Below, one piece after another: positions 56,779-64,000 of a stretch of DNA of 64,000 nt. The position numbers and the translations under genes were made by a program. The stretch spans positions 32,632-96,631 of the forward strand of contig CAMJMR010000001.1 in NCBI GenBank assembly GCA_946407095.1, in the 5' to 3' direction. How positions within the stretch are numbered: position 1 is the first letter of the stretch; every line of letters starts with the position of its first letter. Source of the DNA: an uncultured Selenomonadales bacterium (GTDB taxonomy: Bacteria; Bacillota; Negativicutes; Selenomonadales; Selenomonadaceae). The notes under the pieces were generated by a model that saw only the letters and a program-made list of their open reading frames with translations, was not told where the DNA came from and searched no databases.

Positions 56779-58944
56779 ATGTTTAGAAAATTTTTTAAGG
56801 CATTGAGCGGGAAGAAAGAATCGCGCCGACAGCGACAGGAAACCGACATTGAGCGCGAAATTTCCGCGATTTACGCCATCCTCGTCGAAGTCATGGGCTC
56901 CGACAGATTGGTTTTGCAGGCGGGCAAGATGGACGCCCTCCGCTACATGCGCTCGAATGACCCCGCCGAACGCGTCCTTGCCCTGCGCAGAATCCTTGAG
57001 GAAAATCCTACGCTCGCGCCGCCGCCCAAGCCCAACGAACTTAAAGAACAAGTCATGGCTCTTTCGGAGCTGATAGCCGACATCATGGCGCGTCGACAGG
57101 TTGAAGACAAAATTGAACGCAAGATTAACGAGAAGCTTGAAAAGGAACATCAAGACTACGTCAAGGATATTCGTATGCAAGTTTTGCGCGAAGAGAACAA
57201 TTCCGAATCGCCGCACGACCAAAAGAAGCGCGAAGACCTTCAAGCCCTCGAAGACATTCACTTGACGCAATCGGTTATGGAATTGCTTAGGCCGAAGACG
57301 CTTGAAGAAATCGTCGGGCAGGGACGCGCCGTCAAGTCGTTGCGCTCAAAGCTTGCGTCGCCCTACCCGCAACATCTGATTTTGTACGGCCCGCCGGGCG
57401 TCGGCAAAACCACGGCGGCGCGGCTGATATTGGAGGCGGTGCGCGGCACAGAACTAAGTCCCTTCGGCGAAAATGCGCCCTTCGTGGAAACGGACGGCAC
57501 GACCCTCCGCTGGGACCCGCGTGACGTGACGAATCCGCTTTTGGGCTCGGTGCACGATCCGATTTATCAGGGCGCGCAACGTCAGCTTGCCGACAGCGGC
57601 GTCCCCGAACCGAAACCCGGTCTTGTCACGGACGCGCACGGCGGCATCCTGTTCATCGACGAAATCGGCGAAATGGATATCATGTTGCAGAACAAGCTGC
57701 TGAAAGTCTTGGAGGACAAGCGAGTTTTCTTCGAGTCGAGCTACTACGACCCTGCCGACGAAAAAGTTCCGCCTTACGTCAAAATGCTGTTCGAGAACGG
57801 TGCGCCCGCCGACTTCGTGCTTATCGGTGCCACGACCCGCGAACCTTCCGCGCTCAATCCCGCATTGCGTTCGCGTTGTGCAGAAATTTACTTCGAGCCG
57901 TTGACGCCCGCTCATATCGTCGAAATCGTCAACAACGCCGCGCAGAAGCTCAACGTCGAGCTTGAGGACGGGCTTGCCGAAACAATCAGCGAATACACGA
58001 TTGAAGGGCGCAAGGCGATTAACATTCTTGCCGACGCCTACAGCTTGGCTCTTGACCGCGCCGAGGAAAAAGTTTTGCACATCGACCGCCCCGTCAAAAT
58101 CGAAATGCGCGACGTGTACGAAGTGGCGCAAGTTAGCCGGCTTTATCAATACGTCACGCGCAAGGCGTCGAGCAAGGCGGCAGTCGGGCACATCTTCGGG
58201 CTGGGCGTCAGCGGCTTTATCGGCTCCGTCATCGAGATTGAGGCTGTCGTCTTCGCGGCGGAAAAGGGCAAGGGCACGATTCGCTTCAACGAGACGGCGG
58301 GCTCCATGGCGAAGGATTCGGTCTTCAATGCGGCGAGCGTCCTGCGCGGCGTGACGGGCAAAGACATTCACGACTTCGACGTGCACATAAACGTTATCGG
58401 CGGCGGCAACATCGACGGACCGAGCGCGGGCACGGCGATTTTGGCGGCGTTGGTCAGTGCAGTCACGGGCAAGCGCATTCGGCAAGACGTGGCTGTTACG
58501 GGCGAAATTTCCTTGCAGGGCAAAGTTCGGCCTGTCGGCGGCGTCTTCGAGAAGGCTTACGGCGCAAAGCAGGCGGGCATTAAGACGTTGGTTATCCCGA
58601 AGGAAAACGCCAAAGACATTCCGAAAGGACACTTGGGCTTGAAGATATTCGCAGTCGAGACGGCGGAGGAGGCTTTCAAAAAAATTTTCGCGGACGCGGT
58701 TGAATTCGTCGGCAAGCAAACGGTTTCGTTGGACAAAGACGAACAAACAGCTTTGACACCCACGCCATCGTCGAAAGACGAACAGATAAAAAAAAGCAAC
58801 GTGACGTTGCACCCAGATAGCGCGCTGAAAGATTGCGCCGACATTGATTCGACCCCCGCGTCGTCGTCGAAAGACGAACAGATAAAAAAAATTTCCTCAA
58901 CGACTGTGACGTCGGAGGAATTGGAAATGCTTACGAGCGATTGA
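56779..58944 (+). CDS. Lon-family ATP-dependent protease (LonC/LonB-like) with a repeat-derived C-terminal tail
   Basis: 721 aa ORF with Walker A GPPGVGKTT and a Lon protease Ser motif DGPSAGTAILAALVS. The tail after about residue 650 contains duplicated SSKDEQIKK and an embedded family-1 fragment. Confidence 0.88.
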   Translation: MFRKFFKALSGKKESRRQRQETDIEREISAIYAILVEVMGSDRLVLQAGKMDALRYMRSNDPAERVLALRRILEENPTLAPPPKPNELKEQVMALSELIADIMARRQVEDKIERKINEKLEKEHQDYVKDIRMQVLREENNSESPHDQKKREDLQALEDIHLTQSVMELLRPKTLEEIVGQGRAVKSLRSKLASPYPQHLILYGPPGVGKTTAARLILEAVRGTELSPFGENAPFVETDGTTLRWDPRDVTNPLLGSVHDPIYQGAQRQLADSGVPEPKPGLVTDAHGGILFIDEIGEMDIMLQNKLLKVLEDKRVFFESSYYDPADEKVPPYVKMLFENGAPADFVLIGATTREPSALNPALRSRCAEIYFEPLTPAHIVEIVNNAAQKLNVELEDGLAETISEYTIEGRKAINILADAYSLALDRAEEKVLHIDRPVKIEMRDVYEVAQVSRLYQYVTRKASSKAAVGHIFGLGVSGFIGSVIEIEAVVFAAEKGKGTIRFNETAGSMAKDSVFNAASVLRGVTGKDIHDFDVHINVIGGGNIDGPSAGTAILAALVSAVTGKRIRQDVAVTGEISLQGKVRPVGGVFEKAYGAKQAGIKTLVIPKENAKDIPKGHLGLKIFAVETAEEAFKKIFADAVEFVGKQTVSLDKDEQTALTPTPSSKDEQIKKSNVTLHPDSALKDCADIDSTPASSSKDEQIKKISSTTVTSEELEMLTSD
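58796..58860 (-). repeat. Family-1 element fragment, copy 7, inside the Lon-like ORF
   Basis: The plus strand reads GCAACGTGACGTTGCACCCAGATAGCGCGC.... It is flanked by 28-bp direct repeats at 58768-58795 and 58864-58891. Confidence 0.75.
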
Positions 58945-58953
58945 ACTTTACGA

Positions 58954-58976
58954 GCTGCCTGCGGGCGGCTTTTTTT
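58954..58976 (+). terminator. Rho-independent terminator after the Lon-like gene
   Basis: GCTGCCTGCGGGCGGC followed by TTTTTTT. Confidence 0.6.
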
Positions 58977-59002
58977 ATTAGGATTAAGACTGCAAACACG
59001 CC

Positions 59003-59791
59003 CTAATAAAAGACTTCTTGCAAGCACAAGCCCTGCGCGGGCGCGGTGGCGGGTACGAGGCTCCTGTCGCAAGCGGCGAAAATTTTTCGGAAGCCGTCGA
59101 CGCTCACCCTGCCTCTGCCGACCGCCGCCGTCAACGCCACGATGTTGCGCGCCATGTGGTACAGAAAGCCGCTCGCGTGAATTTTTATCGTCAAAACCTC
59201 GCTGCCGAAAAGTTCATCGTCGAAAATCTCCGCCGCGTAAATCGTTCGGACAGGATTCATATTCGGCGCGCCGCCCGCCGCCTTGAAGCTCGAATAGTCG
59301 TGCGTGCCGACCAAGACGCTCAAAGCCTCGCGCATGGCCGCAACGTCCAATGCTCTGAACTCGTGCCAAGCAAACCTGTTGGCAAAGGGATTCGACGCCG
59401 CGCCGCGCAGGATTCGATACAGATAGATTTTGCTCTTCGCGCTGTGCAATGCGCTGAAATTTTTATCGACCTCTCGCGCCTCGCGAACGACGATATCGGC
59501 GGGCAAGACCGAACTCGCCGCCAACGGGATTTTGTCCAAGGCAATGCGTCCGTCCGTAAAAAAATTGACGACCTGCCCGAATGCGTGAACGCCCGCGTCC
59601 GTCCTGCCTGCCGCCGCCAATTCTATCTTGTCGCCGAAAATTTTCGTCAGCCGCTCCTCCAAAACGTTTTGGACTGCCACGCGCGGCGGACTTTGCCACT
59701 GAAAGCCGTTGTAGTTCGTGCCGTCGTAAGCAACCGTCAGCGCGATGTTCCGCCGCCGAAGTTTCATTGCCTGTCTGTTTTCAAACCGCAT
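59003..59791 (-). CDS. truA: tRNA pseudouridine(38-40) synthase TruA
   Basis: 262 aa ORF ...IALTVAYDGTNYNGFQWQ...AAGRTDAGVHA... Confidence 0.92.
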   Translation of the reverse strand: MRFENRQAMKLRRRNIALTVAYDGTNYNGFQWQSPPRVAVQNVLEERLTKIFGDKIELAAAGRTDAGVHAFGQVVNFFTDGRIALDKIPLAASSVLPADIVVREAREVDKNFSALHSAKSKIYLYRILRGAASNPFANRFAWHEFRALDVAAMREALSVLVGTHDYSSFKAAGGAPNMNPVRTIYAAEIFDDELFGSEVLTIKIHASGFLYHMARNIVALTAAVGRGRVSVDGFRKIFAACDRSLVPATAPAQGLCLQEVFY

Positions 59792-59840
59792 CCGTTATTC
59801 TCCGATAAATTTTTCTTGCCGACCTTCGACTCAAGCCGCC

Positions 59841-59943
59841 GCCGCCCGCTTTAAAAGCGGGGGAACAGTTAGCGCGTTGCAACTGACGACAAAGGAAACG
59901 TTATCGCCGCGTTCATACGCAACGCCGGCGCATTGCTAGCCCG
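59841..59943 (-). repeat. Family-1 element, copy 8 (subtype b)
   Basis: The plus strand reads GCCGCCCGCTTTAAAAGCGGGGGAACAGTTAGCGCGTTGCAACTGACG...GCCGCGTTCATACGCAACGCCGGCGCATTGCTAGCCC. Confidence 0.8.
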
Positions 59944-59960
59944 ATAAAATGGTTGGATTC

Positions 59961-62450
59961 TCAATTTTTCTTGCCGACCTTCGACTCAAGCCGCCTACGC
60001 AGTTCGTTATGAAAATCTTCCGCGCCCGCCTTGAATTTGACCTCGACGCAGATGACGTAGACCGGAATGCTCCACGCCTGCCGCGCCACTTCGTCCGGAA
60101 TTTTAACGGCGTCCTTTTCCGTCACAACAATCATTTCCGCCGCGAACGACTCCGCCCGCCGCAAGATGTCTTCCATTTCCGCAACCGTGTAGTCGTGGTG
60201 GTCGGGATAGCGCAGGCTCGAAATTATTTCCGCTCCCAAATCGCTTAGCGTCCTCTCGAACGACGCGGGGTTGCCGATAGCCGAAACCGCCATCACCTTC
60301 CGCCCGCGTAAAATCTCGACGCTGACGCCCTCGCCCGCCAAATCGACCGACCAATCGGCAAGCGGTATCAGGCAGCGCGGCTCGTGTATGCTCTCGACAA
60401 TCTGCGCGGCGGCATTGTACTTTTGAACGGTCTCGCGAATCAGCTCGCAAGAACCCTCGCGGGCTTGGTCAACCTTCGTCATGAGGCAAACATCTGCGCG
60501 GCTGATATGGGAAATGGATTCGCGCAACGTGCCGCGCGGCAAAAGGTGCCCGTTCCCGAAGACGGACACCGCGTCAATCAGCAGAATGTCGAAGTCGCGA
60601 ATGATTTGCCAATGTTGAAAGCCGTCGTCAAGAATCACGACCTCCGCGCCGAAATTTTCAATGGCGTATTGCCCCGTGACGGCTCGCCGCGCTCCGATTA
60701 GCACAGGGACATTCGGCAGGTGCTTGGCAAGCATGTAGGCTTCGTCGCCCGCCTCCGTCGCGTCCATTTTGAGCGTCTTGCCGTCGCTTACGATGCCGAC
60801 TTCGCCGTAAAATTTCGCCCGGTAGCCGCGATTGAGAATCACGACGCGATAGCCCATGTCGCGAATTTCCTTCGCCAGCCGTTGAGCCGTAGGCGTTTTG
60901 CCCGTCCCGCCGACCGTTATGTTGCCCAGGCTTATGACGAAACATTTCAGCCGCTCCTTGCCCGAAAAGCCCAAATCGTAGCCGAGTAGCCGCAGATTGA
61001 CCAGCCCTTTGTAGACCAGCGAGGCAAGATACATGACGAAAATCATCAGCGGCGTGAAGGCTCCGCGAACTTCTTCGTCGTGAATCAGCTTGAGGAAATA
61101 CGTTTGAACGTTTTCAATTTTCTCTGTCGTGCGGAGGCGGCGGGCGTTTTCCTTGGCCTCGTATTCGGTGAGCATTTGCCTTAGCAGGACGGCCGACTTG
61201 CGCGACGCGCCGCGATTCTCATGGACAATCTTAATCGTCTCTTCCTCAAGGCGTTGGCGTTCGGCGGGTTCGTCGAAAAGTTTCTTCGCCTGCGCGGCAA
61301 GTTCGTCAGCGTCCTTGACCGTGACGCAAGCGTTGCGATTCTTGAACAGCGCGTGCAAGTCTTTAAAATTTTCCATGTGGTGCCCGACGATAATCGCCTT
61401 GCCGTGCGCCGCCGGCTCAAGGATATTGTGGCCGCCGTGAGAAACCAGACTGCCGCCGACGTAAATCACGTTGCCGACGCTGTAGACTTGACCGAGTTCG
61501 CCGATAGTGTCGAGGATGATTATGTCTTCGCCCTTGGGCGGACGCTTTTGGAGTTCGGTGCGCGTGCCGACGGTGAAGCCTGCCGCCTTGCACAGCGCGA
61601 CGACTTCACGGGTGCGCAAAAGTTCGCGCGGGGCAATGACGAGCCGAGCCTTGGGATGATCTTCGCGAATAGCCTTGAACGCCTTGAGCACGAAATTTTC
61701 TTCGCCGCGATGCGTGCTGCCCGCCAAAAAAATTTCCGTGGCGTCCGTCAAGCCCATGTCCGACAAAATCTTGGCGCGTTGAGCGTCCGTGACATCGGTG
61801 TAGGTTTGGTCGAATTTCGTATTGCCCGTGACGATGACGAGGTCTTCAGGCGCACCGAGCTGCTTGACGTAGCCCGCGTCGACACTTGACGCCATAGCGA
61901 ACAGCTTGACCGTGCCGATCATATCGCGCAGGATTGAGAACATGTACTTGTAACGCTTGACGCTCTTTTCGGAAATGCGCCCGTTGACCATCATGACGGG
62001 CACTTGATGTTCGCGCGCCGCTTTGAGGAAGTTCGGCCACAGCTCCGTTTCGACGTTCAGAAAGACGCGCGGGAAAATTTTTTTGAAGACCGACTCCGAA
62101 ACGAACGGCAAATCCAGCGGGAAGTAGATTATGCTGTCCGCGTCTTTGATGATTCGGTTCGCCATTTCGTAGCCTGAAGTCGTCACGACCGACACGAGGA
62201 TTGGCGATTTGGGGAATTCGCGGCGGAACTCTTTAATCAGCGGGCTTGTGGCGACGATTTCTCCGACCGACGCCGCGTGCACCCATATGCAATTTTTTTT
62301 CGCCACGGGGTCCAGTGCGCCCTTCGGGAAGAAGCCGAAGCTTTGACGGATTCGCTCCACGAAGCCGCGCTCCCGTATCGAACGAATCATGAACACCGGG
62401 ATAATCAGTATCACGACGAGTATCGCCGCCAAGTTGTAAAGTAATTGCAA
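59961..62450 (-). CDS. Bifunctional fusion: Kdo transferase (WaaA/KdtA) plus tetraacyldisaccharide 4'-kinase (LpxK)
   Basis: 829 aa ORF. The N-terminal half has WVHAASVGE and GT30 features. The C-terminal half has VISLGNITVGGTGKTP (LpxK P-loop). Confidence 0.88.
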   Translation of the reverse strand: MQLLYNLAAILVVILIIPVFMIRSIRERGFVERIRQSFGFFPKGALDPVAKKNCIWVHAASVGEIVATSPLIKEFRREFPKSPILVSVVTTSGYEMANRIIKDADSIIYFPLDLPFVSESVFKKIFPRVFLNVETELWPNFLKAAREHQVPVMMVNGRISEKSVKRYKYMFSILRDMIGTVKLFAMASSVDAGYVKQLGAPEDLVIVTGNTKFDQTYTDVTDAQRAKILSDMGLTDATEIFLAGSTHRGEENFVLKAFKAIREDHPKARLVIAPRELLRTREVVALCKAAGFTVGTRTELQKRPPKGEDIIILDTIGELGQVYSVGNVIYVGGSLVSHGGHNILEPAAHGKAIIVGHHMENFKDLHALFKNRNACVTVKDADELAAQAKKLFDEPAERQRLEEETIKIVHENRGASRKSAVLLRQMLTEYEAKENARRLRTTEKIENVQTYFLKLIHDEEVRGAFTPLMIFVMYLASLVYKGLVNLRLLGYDLGFSGKERLKCFVISLGNITVGGTGKTPTAQRLAKEIRDMGYRVVILNRGYRAKFYGEVGIVSDGKTLKMDATEAGDEAYMLAKHLPNVPVLIGARRAVTGQYAIENFGAEVVILDDGFQHWQIIRDFDILLIDAVSVFGNGHLLPRGTLRESISHISRADVCLMTKVDQAREGSCELIRETVQKYNAAAQIVESIHEPRCLIPLADWSVDLAGEGVSVEILRGRKVMAVSAIGNPASFERTLSDLGAEIISSLRYPDHHDYTVAEMEDILRRAESFAAEMIVVTEKDAVKIPDEVARQAWSIPVYVICVEVKFKAGAEDFHNELRRRLESKVGKKN

Positions 62451-62478
62451 TTAACGCGCTCCTGTTCGTAAAAATATT

Positions 62479-63324
62479 TCAAGCGTCCCATTCACAGACG
62501 AAACCGGAATTTTCAAGGTTGTAAAAGGGTAATACTCCGTCGCCTCCTGATTCAACCATATCATTCCAAAATCCATTAAATCCCGGATGCCTGTATATGG
62601 TCAAGACATTTTCACCATATTTTCCGCCATTGTTCGGTTCTCCCTTGTACCAGTTGGAATAAGAAAATTTTTCGCCGGTAATCCAAACAAAATTGCCGTC
62701 CGAATCTCTGATGCCGCCCGTCCAATAGTAGCCTTTCGTTCCGCGATTGATTATCAAATCTTGAACGAACGCCTGCTCCACGCCCGAAGTTATGGTTACC
62801 AAATGACCTCCGAGGGATTCGCAATAAGTTTTGGCGTCATTCCAAGTGAGCCCCGTGTCGATAATTTTGTAGCTGTGACCGTTGTGTTCGTATTTTACGG
62901 CATCGGCGGGGATATTTTTAGCGTGAATATTTCCATGAGAGTCAATGAAGTCGTCAATATTCCGTTTCAGCTCGTCGCTGTCGATTATTACCGTGATCGT
63001 CACGAAAACTTGAACTGCATCGTTGACCAAAGTTTTTTCTATCTGCGTGTCCGTGATTTTCAAGACACCCGCTGTCATCGTTATGATGTCGTCCTCGACA
63101 AGCTCAAAATCGCGGAGTTCGGAACGAGTTCTGATATAGACGCCGGCTTTTTCGCGCGCATTCCGCAGAGCATAAGTTTTCGCCCGTTCGATGATTTGTT
63201 CCTGCGTCTCGGCTTCGCTCATTGTCGCCTTGCCCTCGCCGGTGTAAGTTTCAACCTCGGCCTGCGCGGCGGACATAAAAAATAAACTGCAGACGATAAG
63301 CAGCGTTGCCAAAAACTTTTTCAC
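62479..63324 (-). CDS. Secreted protein or lipoprotein with a C-terminal C-type lectin domain
   Basis: GTG 63324 after GGGAGGTG. Signal peptide (M)KKFLATLLIVCSLFFMSAAQA. C-terminus ...LTWNDAKTYCESLGGHLVTITSGVEQAFV...YWTGG...WYKGEPNN...WNDM...FVCEW. Confidence 0.8.
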   Translation of the reverse strand: MKKFLATLLIVCSLFFMSAAQAEVETYTGEGKATMSEAETQEQIIERAKTYALRNAREKAGVYIRTRSELRDFELVEDDIITMTAGVLKITDTQIEKTLVNDAVQVFVTITVIIDSDELKRNIDDFIDSHGNIHAKNIPADAVKYEHNGHSYKIIDTGLTWNDAKTYCESLGGHLVTITSGVEQAFVQDLIINRGTKGYYWTGGIRDSDGNFVWITGEKFSYSNWYKGEPNNGGKYGENVLTIYRHPGFNGFWNDMVESGGDGVLPFYNLENSGFVCEWDA

Positions 63325-63515
63325 GAGCCCGCACCTCCCACAAAAAATTTTGTCGATTATAACACAGCGCACAAAAAAAATCTGCCGCTTGTAAGTGACA
63401 GATTAAATTTTTTAAAATTACGAAGTGCTCTTTAGCATTTATCAAAAACGATTCGTAACTTTAGGAGAATGGAAGATGAACTTATCGGCTGAAAACATTT
63501 CGGTGACGCTCGGCG

Positions 63516-63597
63516 CCCGCTTTAAAAGCGGGGGAACAGCGGACGCGCCTCAACGTTTCACTGCTTAAAGTTGGTCGCCCGCGTCCATACGCATTGC
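63516..63597 (-). repeat. Family-1 element, copy 9 (subtype b)
   Basis: The plus strand reads CCCGCTTTAAAAGCGGGGGAACAGCGGACGCGCC...GTCGCCCGCGTCCATACGCATTGC. It is flanked by direct repeats of about 65 bp. Confidence 0.8.
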
Positions 63598-63623
63598 TTC
63601 GTAACTTTAGGAGGGATTGAAAG

Positions 63624-64000
63624 ATGAACTTATCGGCTGAAAATATTTCGGTGACGCTCGGCGGCAAAGAGATTTTGCGCGATTTGAATTACGAATTCCC
63701 TTCGGGCAAGCGCACGGCGATAATCGGCGCGAACGGCGCGGGCAAGTCCACTTTGCTGAAGGTGCTTTGCCTGCTCAACGAAAATTTTTCGGGACGCGTG
63801 ACGCTCGACGGGCAAGACATTCGCGCACTCGGCAGAAAAAATTTGGCAAAGGTAATGGCAATCTTGCCGCAAGAACGCGACGCGCCGCAAGATACGACCG
63901 TCAAGCAGTTGGTTTCATTTGGACGCTTTCCGCACAGAAAATTTTTCAGCGGCACCTCGAAGGAGGACGACGCGGCTGTTCAAAACGCCTTGGCACTCAC
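63624..64000 (+). CDS. ABC transporter ATP-binding protein (iron-siderophore/cobalamin FecE/FepC-like), 5' part
   Basis: MNLSAENISVTLGGKEILRDLNYEFPSGKRTAIIGANGAGKSTLLK.... Runs off the window end. Confidence 0.85.
   Translation, partial: MNLSAENISVTLGGKEILRDLNYEFPSGKRTAIIGANGAGKSTLLKVLCLLNENFSGRVTLDGQDIRALGRKNLAKVMAILPQERDAPQDTTVKQLVSFGRFPHRKFFSGTSKEDDAAVQNALAL

Noticed and set aside
59846-59868. CTGTTCCCCCGCTTTTAAAGCGGG (reverse complement of the plus strand) resembles type I-E/I-F CRISPR repeats such as GTGTTCCCCGCGCCAGCGGGGATAAACCG.
   Set aside because: It occurs only as single copies (46569, 56159, 59846, 63517), each inside a family-1 element. There is no regularly spaced repeat-spacer array, and no cas genes are in the window.

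Overview
About 58% GC bacterial chromosome segment. Inference: a diderm Firmicute (Negativicutes-like). It combines Firmicute-type genes (type-Z S14, rpmH-rnpA-yidD-yidC-jag, LonC-like protease) with LPS and outer-membrane genes (waaA-lpxK fusion, TolC) and flagellar genes.

Layout:
- 1-15.4 kb, minus strand: an almost complete str/S10/spc ribosomal superoperon (rpsL-rpsG-fusA-tuf-rpsJ...rplO-secY).
- 15.6-23 kb: housekeeping genes (recN, pyrE, pyrF, upp, a flagellar rod protein, an orphan ABC ATPase).
- 23-33 kb: a degraded radical SAM gene followed by an NHLP/NHLM-type bacteriocin export operon (2 HlyD-type adaptors, a C39-peptidase ABC, a second ABC, TolC).
- 33.6-42.3 kb: leuB, PFOR, a low-GC insertion, GH32 and pfkA.
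- 42.5-64 kb: a free-standing HNH endonuclease, aroE, a GspE-like ATPase, rpmH-rnpA-yidD-yidC-jag, flgE, a TRAP permease, a VapC/antitoxin pair, rplI, a Lon-like protease, truA, waaA-lpxK, a C-type-lectin lipoprotein and a partial ABC ATPase.

The most unusual content is non-coding. Three families of repeated sequence are not explained by the genes:
1. A roughly 65-105 nt palindrome-ended element (9 copies, REPIN/MITE-like). It sits at gene starts and stops. Several copies are flanked by 25-75 bp direct duplications of the adjacent gene terminus. Within the unambiguous duplicated coding sequence, the two copies differ only at synonymous sites.
2. A roughly 175-300 nt element (4 copies) with several hairpins that show compensatory base changes between copies, so a candidate structured RNA.
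3. CTAG-containing heptanucleotide tandem arrays placed just after stop codons in highly expressed operons.

No transposase, reverse transcriptase, Cas gene or RNA-guided nuclease gene is visible in the window, so any mobilising machinery would act in trans.
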